The position numbers and the translations under genes are program-made. From Candidatus Binataceae bacterium (lineage in GTDB: Bacteria; Desulfobacterota; Binatia; Binatales; Binataceae): 64,000 nt of DNA. The stretch is taken from the NCBI GenBank assembly GCA_963798375.1, contig CAWCTG010000032.1, forward strand, positions 72,232 through 136,231. The letters run 5' to 3'. The notes beneath the pieces are model-generated. The model was not told the DNA's origin and ran no database searches. It saw only the letters and a list, made by a program, of their open reading frames with translations. Shown here in pieces: positions 31,402-42,337 of the stretch (position 1 is the first letter of the stretch; every line of letters starts with the position of its first letter).

Positions 31402-33818
31402 AGCTTCCGCTCAGTTGGCTGAGAGACTTCGTCAGCATCGACGCGCCGGTCGAAGAAATCTCGCGGCGCCTAAGTTACGCGGGGCTGGTTGTCGAGAATG
31501 TCGAAAAACTCGCGCCCGGATTCGCGGGCGTGTTCGCCGCCAGGGTGCTCCACGTCGAAAAGCATCCCAACGCGGACCGGCTGAATCTCTGCGACGTGGA
31601 CGCGGGCCAAAAGGGCCAATTCAAAGTCGTGTGCGGAGCGCCCAACGTGAAGGCCGGCATGGTAGCACCACTCGCTCTGGTTGGCGCGCAGCTTGGCAAG
31701 CAGCCGCCCCTGGAGGCAGCCGTCATTCGCGGTGTGCGTTCCGAAGGCATGCTCTGCTCAGAGCGCGAGCTCGGCCTGTCGCAGGATCATGCTGCAATCC
31801 TCGCGCTCGGCGCCGATGCGCCGCTTGGTAGCGACGTGGCCGCGTATTTGCACCTCGACGATACCGTGCTCGATGTCGAAATCACCCCGAATCGGGGCGA
31901 TTGCCTGTCGGTTCTCGGCCTGGCGCGCGAGGTCGCAGCATTGTTCGCCGCCAGGCTGCGCGCGCCCAGGTTACGCGCGGCGCATTGGGCTGGCTCGCCT
32001 GACGGAGCCCGCTTTTCGTTTTCGGTTTCGATCGAAGCGCCCGATCTATGCCCGCGCTACGCCGCGCTCGCGATGACCGGAATCAAGATCGGTCCTTCGC
32101 CGGCGTGGCTCAAGCGCCGGCTGGAACTGTGCGGGATGCGCGCGCTCAACAACGTCGTCGATGCGACCAACTATGTAATGCTCGAACTCGGCCAGCCGTT
32201 GCACGCGTTCGACTTCGGCAAAATCGCCGGCGGAAAGATCATCGTCCGCCGCGCCGGCGATACGCGCAAGTTCGTCACGCTCGACAACGTCCCCCGCGCG
32301 CTCGATCCGAACGATCTGCTGATCGCCGACAGCGACAAGCCGCTCGCAATCGCGGGCGTGATGGGCGGCCTCAACTCCGAGGTCGGCGATTCGACCGGGA
32401 CTATTTTGCTCGAGAGCGCATACTTCGAGCCGATGACCATAGCGCGCACGGCGCGGCGGCTGGGTTTGCGCAGCGAGGCAAGTTACCGCTTCGAGCGCGG
32501 CATCGATCGAGCGGGACAAGTCGGCGCGCTGATTCGCGCCGCCGATTTGATCCGCAGGATCGCGCGCGGACGCGAGGCGTCGCCGATCGCCGACTTCGAG
32601 CCGCGCACAGCCGAGCCGCGCGAGATTGCGCTCGACCTCGGCGCGATGGAATCGTTGCTTGGCGCCGCGATACCGCCGGCCGTCGCCAGGAGCCGTCTCA
32701 AATCGCTCGGCGCGCAAGTGAGCACGCGCGCCAAGGGTGTGCTCGCGGTCGTGCCTCCATCGTTCCGCTCCGATCTGGTCGAGGAGGCCGATCTGATCGA
32801 GGAAGTCGCGCGGCTCGGCGGTCTCGAGGACATTCCGGCCCTGCTGCCTGAACGCGTCACTGCGCTGGCTCCCGTCAATCGCGAGCGCGAGTTCTTGAAG
32901 GGCACGCGCGAAGTGATGCTGGGATGCGGCCTGACCGAGGCCGCCACCATCGCGTTTATCGCGCCCGCCGACAACGCGCGCTTTTCGGGGCTTCAAGCCG
33001 CGCCGCGGCCGGTCAAAGTAACCAACCCGCTGTCGGCGGAACTCAGCGAGCTGCGCGTGAGCCTGATGCCGGGCCTGATCACCTCGCTCAGGTTCAATTT
33101 GAACCGCGAGGCCCGCGCCTTTCACGCGTTTGAAATGGGCAAGACCTTCCGCATGGACGGCGACGTGGCGACCGAGCACCATCATCTTGCCGCCATCAGC
33201 TACGGAGCTTACGCGCTTTCTGCAATCGGCGAGCACAGCGTCACGGCGGGATTTTTTTCGATCAAGGGAATCCTCGAGACGTATTTGGAAGCGATTGGAA
33301 TTTCGCCGCGCGTGGCGTTCAAAGCCCTCGAGAGCGCCGATGCGCCGTTCCTGCATCCCGGCCGCAGCGCTATCGTTACGCTCGACGACGCGCCGATCGG
33401 CTTGATTGGCGAGTTGCATCCGGCGGAGGCGATGCGCCTTGATCTGAACGATCCCTGCGCGGTTTACGAACTTGACATGAGCAGTCTCATTGCCTATGGT
33501 TTCTCGCCGCGTAAAACTTTCCAGCCGCCGCCAAAATATCCCGCCATCAGGCGCGATCTGGCGCTGGTGCTGGATCGAAATTTCCCGGTGGATATGGTAG
33601 TCAAAACCATTCGGGAATGCGGCGCGTCGCTGCTGGAAAGCGTCGAGGTCTTCGACGCGTACGAGGGGCCGGCGGTGGCGGCCGGGAAGAAGAGTGTGGC
33701 GTTGGCTTGTCGTTACCGTGCAAAAGATCGCACGCTGACCGATGAGGAGGTTAACCGCATTCACGCCGTGTTGGTCGAGCAGGCGCGGACGCGATTAGGG
33801 GCGGAGTTGCGGCAGTAA
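31398..33818 (+). CDS. pheT: Phenylalanyl-tRNA synthetase beta subunit
   Basis: 806 aa; B3/4, B5 and FDX-ACB domains; overlaps the pheS stop. Confidence 0.95.
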   Translation: MKLPLSWLRDFVSIDAPVEEISRRLSYAGLVVENVEKLAPGFAGVFAARVLHVEKHPNADRLNLCDVDAGQKGQFKVVCGAPNVKAGMVAPLALVGAQLGKQPPLEAAVIRGVRSEGMLCSERELGLSQDHAAILALGADAPLGSDVAAYLHLDDTVLDVEITPNRGDCLSVLGLAREVAALFAARLRAPRLRAAHWAGSPDGARFSFSVSIEAPDLCPRYAALAMTGIKIGPSPAWLKRRLELCGMRALNNVVDATNYVMLELGQPLHAFDFGKIAGGKIIVRRAGDTRKFVTLDNVPRALDPNDLLIADSDKPLAIAGVMGGLNSEVGDSTGTILLESAYFEPMTIARTARRLGLRSEASYRFERGIDRAGQVGALIRAADLIRRIARGREASPIADFEPRTAEPREIALDLGAMESLLGAAIPPAVARSRLKSLGAQVSTRAKGVLAVVPPSFRSDLVEEADLIEEVARLGGLEDIPALLPERVTALAPVNREREFLKGTREVMLGCGLTEAATIAFIAPADNARFSGLQAAPRPVKVTNPLSAELSELRVSLMPGLITSLRFNLNREARAFHAFEMGKTFRMDGDVATEHHHLAAISYGAYALSAIGEHSVTAGFFSIKGILETYLEAIGISPRVAFKALESADAPFLHPGRSAIVTLDDAPIGLIGELHPAEAMRLDLNDPCAVYELDMSSLIAYGFSPRKTFQPPPKYPAIRRDLALVLDRNFPVDMVVKTIRECGASLLESVEVFDAYEGPAVAAGKKSVALACRYRAKDRTLTDEEVNRIHAVLVEQARTRLGAELRQ

Positions 33819-33861
33819 GCGTGCCTAACGCGAGCGGGTGGGGATCGTTACGCCGCAGGGC

Positions 33862-34155
33862 ATGACCAAAGCCGATCTTGTAGAGCTGATCTACGAGCGG
33901 GTAGGCTCCTCCAGGAAGGAAGCCTGTGAAGCGGTCGAAGCGGTGTTCGCGATCATCAGGGATTCGTTGCGCCACGGTCAGAAAGTGAAAATTTCCGGCT
34001 TCGGCACTTTTCTCGTCAATCAAAAACATGCGCGCCGTGGGCGCAACCCGCAGACCGGGGAGCCGATTACCATCGATTCCCGCCGCGTCCTCTCCTTCAA
34101 GCCCAGCCAGGTGTTGAGGGAGCGGGTTAACCACCTCTCCAAGCCAGCGCCATGA
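33862..34155 (+). CDS. ihfA: Integration host factor alpha subunit (HU/IHF family)
   Basis: MTKADLVELIYERVG...GFGTF...RRGRNPQTGEPI, in the conserved position after pheT. Confidence 0.85.
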   Translation: MTKADLVELIYERVGSSRKEACEAVEAVFAIIRDSLRHGQKVKISGFGTFLVNQKHARRGRNPQTGEPITIDSRRVLSFKPSQVLRERVNHLSKPAP

Positions 34156-34217
34156 CGCCGATGCCACGCCAGCCATCAGGTCTGCGGCGAAAACCCAAGC
34201 CGGATGCGCGCGCCACC

Positions 34218-34616
34218 ATGTCCTTGTTCCCCGAGCGCGGGTTGAAGATCGGCGAAGCGGCGCGCGCGCTGGGCGTCGAGACCTACGTGCTGCGTTTTTG
34301 GGAAACCCAGTTCCCATTTCTGAAACCCAGGCACACCCGCACCAAGCATCGCTTCTACCAGGAAAAGGACCTCGACGTGCTGCGCCTCATCAAGCGCCTC
34401 CTGCACGACGAAGGCTTCACGATCGCGGGCGCGAACAAGCATATCAAGGAATTTGGCATCGACACTTTGATGACTGGCAAGCCCGTCGCGAAGCCTGCCC
34501 CGTCGTCCTCGGAGCGCGCGCCGGCGCAGTCTGCCGGAATCGACGGTCACGCTCGCCGCGTACTCAATGAGGTCCGCCGCGACCTGCAATCGATCCACAA
34601 GATTTTGGAAGACTGA
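34218..34616 (+). CDS. MerR-family transcriptional regulator
   Basis: HTH LKIGEAARALGVETYVLRFWETQF; conserved partner downstream of ihfA. Confidence 0.8.
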   Translation: MSLFPERGLKIGEAARALGVETYVLRFWETQFPFLKPRHTRTKHRFYQEKDLDVLRLIKRLLHDEGFTIAGANKHIKEFGIDTLMTGKPVAKPAPSSSERAPAQSAGIDGHARRVLNEVRRDLQSIHKILED

Positions 34617-34669
34617 CCCGCGCGATCGCGCCGCAGCTCGCGACGCGGACCGATGGAATCTGAAAAAAA

Positions 34670-37201
34670 CTAGTCCGCGATGCGTTCTTGCGAGGCCAAC
34701 TGCGCGCCCGCAGGTTTGCGCGCGGCGGCTACCGCTTGCGTGCCCGAAGCCCGAGGGACCAGTACCCCCAGCGGCGCAAGATTCAGCTCGGTTGCGCACT
34801 CCTCACTCGCGCGATGCGCGATTCTTCCCGCTCCTGCCATTTCGGCGGCTATGCACACCGCGCCGGCCATCGTGAGCGCCCCCAAGCCAAGCGCGATCTC
34901 AGGCAGTCCCGCTATCGCCGCAACTGCCGCGCTCAGCGCGCCCGCCGCCAGAGCCAGCCTGGTGATTCGAGTGGACTTTATCCGCGCCAGTACGTGGTTG
35001 GTTACCTTGCCCGCCTCGTGTTCTTCGTCGGCGGTCTTGAGCTCGATTCGCGTCCACGGATTCGGCCGCACTTCCAGGTCGTAGTCGTTCCACCCCGCAT
35101 CGACGATCGCGCTATGCCCGCTGCGCGCGAACAGCTTCAGCATCCTGTCCATCAGGCGGTCACGCGTGATGCTTTCGTCGTTCCAATAGTCCAGCCGCAT
35201 TGTTCGCCTGAGCCAGTCGATGGTTGGGCGTTGGCGCACGCCGTCAGCGCCCGCGAGTCCCGTCAGGGCTTTCGCCCGCGTCTTGTAGCGCGTCATCGTT
35301 CGCACCATCGGCCCCGTGTACGCGAGATACGCGATCAGAAGTCGCGCGGCGAAACTTTCGTGAGATTTTTCGAGCGGCGCATGCCACGCATAGTACATCG
35401 CCCAAATCGGCCCCAGCGCGAGCATCGCAGCCGCGGCAATCAGCGGCACCCCAAGCACTATCGACGCGGCTAGCGCAAAAGCCGAGAGCAGCGTCCACTC
35501 GAGCGTCTGCGGGATAACCCTGGCCAGCGTGAGTCCGGGATCGAAAAGCGTCTGCGCACCTGCGCTGGCAGTCCTCCACAGCACGCGTTTGCGGCTGCCG
35601 CCCGGTATCGTCCGCGCCAGCCCGGGGATCGTGCCTCGCCACGCGATTTGGCCGATCGCGTTGAAGCGCTCGGGATAGCGCCGATGCAGCATCGCCTCGG
35701 CGCGTCCATAGCCGCGCTGCTGTCCGTAGTAAGCCTTGACCGTGTTGCGCCGGAAATGCCAGACGAATGCCGCCGGCGAGAAGCCGAGCTTGAAGCCCGC
35801 CTCGAGCAGTCGCCAGCATATGTCAACGTCGTCGCCCGCGGACGTGAACTGCGGATCGAATCCGCCAATCTTTGCGAGCGCCGCCTTCGAGAAGAGCATG
35901 TTGCAGCCAGCCAGATGCTCGGCTCGATCGTCGGCGACCAGCACGTGGCACGGCGCGCCCGGCGATGCGGCGCAACTGGCTTCGATCCAGCCGTCTTCGT
36001 GCGGCGCGTAGTTCGGTCCGCCGCATCCGTCGAAATTGTTTTCGATCATCGAGCGGACCATCAGCGTCAGCCAATGCGGATCGACGACGCAGTCCGAATC
36101 GGTGTAGGCGATTATTTCGCCGCGCGCCGCCTGCATCCCGACGTTGCGCGCAACGCTCAGCCCCTTATTGGGTTGGCGAATGAGACGGAACTCCGGAAAG
36201 TCCATCGAGATGTCGGCGGTGCGATCGCGCGAGCCGTCATCGACGATCACTACCTCGAAATTCCCGTAGTCCAGACGGCGCAGCGACTCCAGGCAAGCCC
36301 GCATGGTGCGCTCCGCGTCGTACGCGCAAATCACCACCGACACCATCGGCATCTTCGGCGGCCGCGGCGGGCAGGTGCCATTGAGCGTCACGAACGGCAT
36401 CACATCCGACGCGCGCATCATGCGCACGCCAAGCCAGTCGTGAGAAACCGGAGCAGGAACCGGCGGAGCAACCACGCCAGCCGCACCCGTGCCAAACGCC
36501 ACTGCTACCGCTTCGTCCTGCCCCGGCGATGCATCTTTGAATTCGATCACCACCGGCCGCGCTTCCGCGAGGTTATGCAGGGCGACGACGAAATCGCGAA
36601 TCTCGACCGGCTTGAGCGCGGGGATTTCCGCGTAAAGAAAATCTTCTTCAAGTATTGAAAGGGCGCGGGTTTCCGGCCGCACCTTTATTCCGACCATCGC
36701 CTCCGGCGCGCGTCCCTTGATCGTCTTGACGACGCCGCGCACGCGCCGCCGCGCGTTTTCGAGTCCGCCCGCGCGCAGCGCGTCCTGGCCGATTTCGCAA
36801 TCCAGGATGTAACCGGCCAGCGCAGGATGCGTTGCGAAAATGCTTGCCGTACGCGCGATTCGCGAGACCACGGATTTCCATCCGCGGCTGCGGGTGAGCT
36901 CATCCGCGCTGATTCTCAACTCGACCATGGCGACCAGTCCCGACTGGGCCGCGATGTCCAGGCACGGCTGCGACTGCGCCTCGCTCAGCACCACGCCGGT
37001 CGTGTGCGCGGTTCTGAGATCGTCGAGCCGCTTTCTTAGTTTGAGCTTCTGAGCAAAATCGAGCGTTGCGCTCACGTCGGCGAGGCGCATCGCCTTGAAA
37101 AAGAACTTCTGTCCTGCACGGGAAAGAAACTTGGCGTGTGGCGTGACGCGTTGAACAGACCCGGAATTGGTAAGCATCAATGGGTGTCCTGCCAAAGCCA
37201 T
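34670..37201 (-). CDS. Large membrane-anchored family-2 glycosyltransferase (843 aa) with an N-terminal extra domain and C-terminal TM helices
   Basis: GT2 core VSVVICAYDAERTMRACLESLRRLDYGNFEVVIVDDGSRD...YTDSDCVVDP; four to six predicted TM helices at the C-terminus. Confidence 0.8.
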   Translation of the reverse strand: MALAGHPLMLTNSGSVQRVTPHAKFLSRAGQKFFFKAMRLADVSATLDFAQKLKLRKRLDDLRTAHTTGVVLSEAQSQPCLDIAAQSGLVAMVELRISADELTRSRGWKSVVSRIARTASIFATHPALAGYILDCEIGQDALRAGGLENARRRVRGVVKTIKGRAPEAMVGIKVRPETRALSILEEDFLYAEIPALKPVEIRDFVVALHNLAEARPVVIEFKDASPGQDEAVAVAFGTGAAGVVAPPVPAPVSHDWLGVRMMRASDVMPFVTLNGTCPPRPPKMPMVSVVICAYDAERTMRACLESLRRLDYGNFEVVIVDDGSRDRTADISMDFPEFRLIRQPNKGLSVARNVGMQAARGEIIAYTDSDCVVDPHWLTLMVRSMIENNFDGCGGPNYAPHEDGWIEASCAASPGAPCHVLVADDRAEHLAGCNMLFSKAALAKIGGFDPQFTSAGDDVDICWRLLEAGFKLGFSPAAFVWHFRRNTVKAYYGQQRGYGRAEAMLHRRYPERFNAIGQIAWRGTIPGLARTIPGGSRKRVLWRTASAGAQTLFDPGLTLARVIPQTLEWTLLSAFALAASIVLGVPLIAAAAMLALGPIWAMYYAWHAPLEKSHESFAARLLIAYLAYTGPMVRTMTRYKTRAKALTGLAGADGVRQRPTIDWLRRTMRLDYWNDESITRDRLMDRMLKLFARSGHSAIVDAGWNDYDLEVRPNPWTRIELKTADEEHEAGKVTNHVLARIKSTRITRLALAAGALSAAVAAIAGLPEIALGLGALTMAGAVCIAAEMAGAGRIAHRASEECATELNLAPLGVLVPRASGTQAVAAARKPAGAQLASQERIAD

Positions 37202-37440
37202 GCCACCGGGAAAATCCAGTGATTATCGGGCTTTTTCGGCAAACACCCGCCTCGCACAAACCAATTGGGATGAGCCCTGTACGATTTGCGCCTCGGGCGG
37301 ACTCGGAGCGAACAGTTCGCGGGTGCAAAATCAGGCACTATGCCGCCCGAATGCACACGCTAGATTGGTTATTTTGCGAATGTTATACGTCAGTTGGTTG
37401 ACACATCAACGCTGGAGTCCTCCGGCCGGATTTTACTGCA

Positions 37441-39183
37441 ATGAAACTATCGCTCGCTTGTGGATGCTGCAGACCATCAACGTTCAAACGACACCGCGAA
37501 CCAACCGACGCGCCAATTCAGGCCACCCCCGAAGAACTACAGGCGATAAGGCTCCAGCTCGCTGAGATCGAGCAATCGCTCTCGCGCCTATGGGGTCCGA
37601 CAATTTGGAGCCGCACGCCCGAGTGCATCCAGGTTCGCGCCGAAGCCGCCGATCTGATCGACCGGCACTTCGACGGCATCGTCGAGCAGTGGGGAGAAGC
37701 GATAATCGCCCTCATCGACGGCCGCTCCGAACACGACCAGGAAGAGGGCAAAGCCAGTTTGGTCAACGCTCTCATCCGTCTCGTCGATCACCTGCGCGAT
37801 CCCGACGACATTTGCACGTACGTTTATCTGCGCCGGCATTGCCAGGAGGGGATGCTCGCGCGGGCCAAACCGTCGCAGTTCAACACCATCCACATCGCGC
37901 TCAAGCAAATAATTCTCAATCACGTAAAATCTTCAATGACCGGTCCCGCGATGGAACTGGTGCGCGACCTGGTGGTGGCGGCAATCGACGAGCGGCGCCT
38001 GATGGTCTCGCAGTTCTACATCGAATCGCGCGAACGGATGCTGCGCGAATCCGAAGAGAAGTACCGCAACACCATCGACCACGCGCCGGATCCAATGTAT
38101 GAGATCGAAGCGGATACCTGGGTCGTGACCGGGCTGAATGCGGCCGCCCTGCGACTCCATCGAACCGAGGTACCGCCAAAAGGTTGGTATGACCCCGGCC
38201 ATGAAAAGAAGCAGATTATTGGATTTCCGATCACAGATTTCGTACCGCCGGAGTTAAGGCCAAGAGTGATCGAGAGCCTGGAGACGGTTGTGCGCCAGGG
38301 ATCGGCGCAGGCCTCGGAATTTCCGATCGGGCCGCTCTTCTTCGACGTAAACTCCGCGCTCATCACCTACGGCAAGAAGCAATTCATCCAGATGATCCTG
38401 CGCGACGTAACGCAGCGGCGCGACATGCTCGACTCGCTGATCAAGGCCGAGCGATTGGCCGCGGCGGGCACCTTCGCGGCGGGCGTGGCGCATGAGGTGA
38501 ACAACCCGCTGGCGTCGATCTCATCGCTGGTTCAATCCATCCTGACCGGCGAGAACGACCCCCAGCGGCGCACCACCCTGCACACCATCCTGTCCCAGAT
38601 CACGCGCATCTCGAGCACGCTCAAGGACCTGGTGAATTTCGCGCGACCCACCACCGCGCAACGCAAACCGGTTGACGTCAACGGGCTGATCGCCGAGACG
38701 CTGCGGCTCATCACCTACAACAAACGCTTCAGCGGCATCCAGATCGAACCCATTCTTGCTCCCGATCTGCGCCGCGCGTTCGCCGACGACAACGAAATTC
38801 AGCAGGTGCTGCTCAATCTGCTCTTCAACGCCGCCGACGCCTCCCCCGCCGAGGGCGCCGTGATCAAAGTGATCACCGAGAACCAGCGCGCCGGACAGGG
38901 CGCGGACAAATCGGGCCGGGTGGTTATCAAGGTGGTTGACAACGGCATCGGAATCCCGCGCGAACATCTGGAACGCGTGTTCGATCCATTCTTTACCACC
39001 AAGCCCGCGGGCGCCGGGGTCGGACTGGGACTGTCGCTATGCCAGCGCATGATCCTGTCCAATCAGGGCACCATTCGCGTTGACAGCGAGGTCGGCCGCG
39101 GCACCTCCGTCACCGTCACGCTGGCGGCGGGCGCCCAGGATTCCGAACGCGCGGAACAGGCGGCGAGCATGGCCGCGTCTTGA
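37441..39183 (+). CDS. PAS-domain sensor histidine kinase
   Basis: H-box HEVNNPLASI; HATPase motifs DNGIGIP and GLGLSL. Confidence 0.8.
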   Translation: MKLSLACGCCRPSTFKRHREPTDAPIQATPEELQAIRLQLAEIEQSLSRLWGPTIWSRTPECIQVRAEAADLIDRHFDGIVEQWGEAIIALIDGRSEHDQEEGKASLVNALIRLVDHLRDPDDICTYVYLRRHCQEGMLARAKPSQFNTIHIALKQIILNHVKSSMTGPAMELVRDLVVAAIDERRLMVSQFYIESRERMLRESEEKYRNTIDHAPDPMYEIEADTWVVTGLNAAALRLHRTEVPPKGWYDPGHEKKQIIGFPITDFVPPELRPRVIESLETVVRQGSAQASEFPIGPLFFDVNSALITYGKKQFIQMILRDVTQRRDMLDSLIKAERLAAAGTFAAGVAHEVNNPLASISSLVQSILTGENDPQRRTTLHTILSQITRISSTLKDLVNFARPTTAQRKPVDVNGLIAETLRLITYNKRFSGIQIEPILAPDLRRAFADDNEIQQVLLNLLFNAADASPAEGAVIKVITENQRAGQGADKSGRVVIKVVDNGIGIPREHLERVFDPFFTTKPAGAGVGLGLSLCQRMILSNQGTIRVDSEVGRGTSVTVTLAAGAQDSERAEQAASMAAS

Positions 39184-39196
39184 GAATCGAAATGCG

Positions 39197-40621
39197 ATGA
39201 ACAACGACGCTTCATGGACCGCACAGGAACGCGGACCTTACCGGCTGCTGATCGTCGAAGACGAACCCTTGATGCGCTCGATCATCGTGCAGCTCGCGCG
39301 CAGCGAAGGCTACGAGGTAATGGAGGCGCCGGCCGCGGAGGTCGCGCTGCACATCTTCGAAAAAGAAAAAATCGATCTCGCGATTCTCGACCTTAACCTG
39401 ACCAGCGGCGGCAACGGACTCGATCTGCTCCGCAAAATGCGCGAACTCGACCCCGAGGTGATGGGAATAATCGTCACCGCCTACGCCAGCGTCGAGTCAG
39501 CCGTCGAGGCGCTGCACCAGGGCGCTTACGATTACATCACCAAGCCGTTTGCGAACGATCATCTGAAAAAGGTGATGCGCAACGCGCTCGAGGGCAAGGC
39601 GCTGTTCAGGGAAAACCGTTTTCTGCGCCAGGAACTGCGCGAGAAGTATCGCTTCGAGAGCATCATCGGCAAAAGCGACGCCATCGAAAGCGTGTTCCGC
39701 GTCATGGAAAAAGTCGCGCGCACCGACACCAGCGTGTTGATCACCGGCGACTCCGGCACCGGCAAGGAACTGGTGGCCCGCGCGATTCATTTCAGCTCCG
39801 AGCGCGCCAGCAACCGCTTCCTGCCGATCAATTGCGGCGCGCTGCCCGAGAACCTGCTCGAGAGCGAACTGTTCGGCTACAAACGCGGCGCATTCACCGG
39901 CGCCGGGCAGGACAAGGTCGGCCTGCTCAAGGCCGCCGACAAAGGCACCGTCCTGCTCGACGAGATTGGCGAGTTGCCGCTCGCGCTGCAGGTCAAACTG
40001 CTGCGCGCGCTTCAGGAGCGCGAGGTCTATCCGCTTGGCGCCAACGATCCGGTGGCGTTCGACGTGCGCGTGCTGTGCGCCACCAATCGCAACCTCGAAA
40101 GCGAAGTCAAGGCCGGCCGCTTCCGCGAGGAACTGCTCTACCGAATCAACGTCATCAACATCAATCTTCCCGGTTTGCGCGAGCGCCAGGACGATATTCC
40201 CCTGCTCGCCAACCATTTCCTGCGCAAGTACGAAAAGTCGATGTCGCGAACAGCGATGCGCTTTTCCAAAGGCGCGATGCGCCTGCTCATCAACTACGCC
40301 TGGCCGGGCAACGTCCGGGAGCTCGAAAACGCCGTCGAGCGCGCCGCCATTCTGGCCGAGACCGACGTCATCCACTCGCACGATTTGCCTGACAAGCTGC
40401 GCAGCACGTCGCCCGTGATGGCGAGTGTCGAGAACCCCGGCCTCACGCTCGAGGAGCTTGAGCGCGAGCATATCAAACTCGTGCTCGACAGAGTCGAAAA
40501 CGACAAGGTGAAGGCCGCGCAGGTGCTCGGGATTCACCTCTCGACGCTCTATCGCAAGGTCCAGCGTTACCACCTCGACGGCGACATCCCCGTGCATCAG
40601 GAGCCTGCGCGCTCGGCGTGA
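39197..40621 (+). CDS. Sigma-54-dependent response regulator (NtrC family: REC + AAA+ + HTH)
   Basis: [11 protein letters not shown]...; Walker [16 protein letters not shown]; GAFTGA motif ([15 protein letters not shown]); C-terminal HTH. Confidence 0.9.
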   Translation: MNNDASWTAQERGPYRLLIVEDEPLMRSIIVQLARSEGYEVMEAPAAEVALHIFEKEKIDLAILDLNLTSGGNGLDLLRKMRELDPEVMGIIVTAYASVESAVEALHQGAYDYITKPFANDHLKKVMRNALEGKALFRENRFLRQELREKYRFESIIGKSDAIESVFRVMEKVARTDTSVLITGDSGTGKELVARAIHFSSERASNRFLPINCGALPENLLESELFGYKRGAFTGAGQDKVGLLKAADKGTVLLDEIGELPLALQVKLLRALQEREVYPLGANDPVAFDVRVLCATNRNLESEVKAGRFREELLYRINVININLPGLRERQDDIPLLANHFLRKYEKSMSRTAMRFSKGAMRLLINYAWPGNVRELENAVERAAILAETDVIHSHDLPDKLRSTSPVMASVENPGLTLEELEREHIKLVLDRVENDKVKAAQVLGIHLSTLYRKVQRYHLDGDIPVHQEPARSA

Positions 40622-40709
40622 GGGCCGCGGAATAGGCGTGGCAATCCGCCAGTCAAGGATATAGAGTTTCCAGTGGGCCGACTGGACGGCGGCCGGCCCG
40701 GAGAAAAAT

Positions 40710-40925
40710 ATGGACCTGTTTGCGCCAACTCACCTGCTGATCATTTTGCTGATCATTTTGGTCATCTTCGGGCCTAGCAAGCTCGGCGATGTCGGCGGCG
40801 CGATGGGCAAAGCGATTCGCGATTTCAAGCGCGCGATGAACGAGCCCGACGACGCCGCCAAGACGGTCGCGAAGACCGACGACGCCAAGGCGGCCGAGGC
40901 CGTAAAACCCGACAAACTTTCCTGA
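40710..40925 (+). CDS. tatA: Twin-arginine translocase subunit TatA/E
   Basis: MDLFAPTHLLIILLIILVIFGPSKLGDVGGAMGKAIRDFK. Confidence 0.9.
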   Translation: MDLFAPTHLLIILLIILVIFGPSKLGDVGGAMGKAIRDFKRAMNEPDDAAKTVAKTDDAKAAEAVKPDKLS

Positions 40926-41029
40926 CCCGCCGCGCTTCGCTGATTTTCCCGGACATTCGCACACTGCGCCTGCGATGACGCGCGTCATGAACGCGCGAGA
41001 TCCTTTCGATCCGCTCACTTTTCACTGCG

Positions 41030-41836
41030 TCACATGTTCAGGCATGCTTCGGCGGCGAGCGCGAACAGCCGCTCGCGGATCTGATGACGGTTCCAGTTGC
41101 GATGATCCCATCGGGCGCTTAGATCGTCCCCGCCATAGAGAATCTGTCCGAACTGGACGCCGCGGAACTGCGCGACGGCGAAGAAGGCCGCCGCTTCCAT
41201 CTCGACCGTGAGGCATCCTTCGCGCCTGCGCGAGAGCATCCGGGCGCGCGTCTCGCGGAACAGCCCGTCGGTAGTCCAGGTCTTGGCGACGATATAGTCG
41301 AGGCCGTTTCGCCTCAGGGTCTTTTCGATCGCCGCCAGGGCGCGCGGATGCGGCGCGACTTCACGCGCGGGCGGCAGGTAATGGTACGAAGTGCCCTCGT
41401 CGCGAATCGCAGCGGTCGGCACCACGATATGGCCGACCGCAATCTTCGAGTCGAGCACGCCCGCGCCGCCGCATGCGATGAACTTGCGCACGCCGCGCGC
41501 GATGCATCGATCGAGCATCGCAGCGGCCATCGGAGCGCCTATGCGCGGGTGAGCCACCGCCAGCCGCTTGCCGCCGAACTCGAGCTCGTAAACGGGATGG
41601 CGCCCCACTTCGCTGATCGCGTGATCGATCTCGCGGGCGCCGCCATTGAGGATGAGGTCGTCGATCACGTCCTGGAAGAAGCAGAGCACGCAATGCTTTG
41701 GCACGTCGATCGGTTTGTACACGCGGCGCGGCTCGATGATCGCAGTCGGTGAGGGATCGTATTCGAGGATGGGGAACGGACACGCGGGCCGGCGCTTTGG
41801 GACGCGATGGGGTGATTTAGGGTGACGCGGCTTCAT
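41030..41836 (-). CDS. PNP/UDP-family nucleoside phosphorylase-like protein
   Basis: Phosphorylase fold signature FIACGGAGVLD...TVEMEAAAF; ~269 aa from MKPRHPK. Confidence 0.55.
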   Translation of the reverse strand: MKPRHPKSPHRVPKRRPACPFPILEYDPSPTAIIEPRRVYKPIDVPKHCVLCFFQDVIDDLILNGGAREIDHAISEVGRHPVYELEFGGKRLAVAHPRIGAPMAAAMLDRCIARGVRKFIACGGAGVLDSKIAVGHIVVPTAAIRDEGTSYHYLPPAREVAPHPRALAAIEKTLRRNGLDYIVAKTWTTDGLFRETRARMLSRRREGCLTVEMEAAAFFAVAQFRGVQFGQILYGGDDLSARWDHRNWNRHQIRERLFALAAEACLNM

Positions 41837-42259
41837 GACGCGATAGTAGCAGGGGCCGGCCCCTGCACCCGAGTCAGGACGAGAAGAAGAGAGGCGGCGG
41901 AGGTTATCCTGAGTGAAGTCGAAGGCGCCGTTAGAAGGGCGGGGGTAAGGTCGCGAGCGGCGAGAGACGCCTGCTGCATTCAGCTCGATTCTCGCGGCGG
42001 CACTGGAAAGGCTGTGCAACAAACCCGCCTGGAAATCTTGCACAGGGGGGCCGTTTGGACTACAAGACGGGCTGAAATCATAGAGTAAAATGCGATTGCG
42101 AGGATTGTGACGGTATAAAATTTGCTTACTTGGCAGACCGAGGTTTTTAGAAAGATTAATGAGAGGGCATTTTCTCCAAGGATCACAAGGCCGCCGCCGA
42201 AGGATCCCAAAACCATGATGATTCTTTTGGATAGGATCGCATCGCCTTTTGGATACAGT

Positions 42260-42277
42260 TGTCCCGTTTTTGGGACA
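42260..42277. promoter_or_regulatory. Perfect 6-6-6 palindrome TGTCCC-gttttt-GGGACA ~60 nt upstream of the cytochrome operon; candidate operator
   Basis: Seen directly, in a low-GC promoter region that also has two CTTTTGGATA direct repeats (42222-42231 and 42247-42256). Confidence 0.3.
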
Positions 42278-42337
42278 GCTCGTCGTTGTGAGGAGCATGT
42301 GTAACCGCCGGCGGTAAGCCGCTAGACGGGCGCGCCT

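Noticed and set aside
42125-42150. Sigma-54 promoter upstream of the cytochrome operon
   Set aside because: TGGCAG at 42131 is followed at the -12 position by GGTTT rather than TTGC[AT], so it is not a convincing -24/-12 element.
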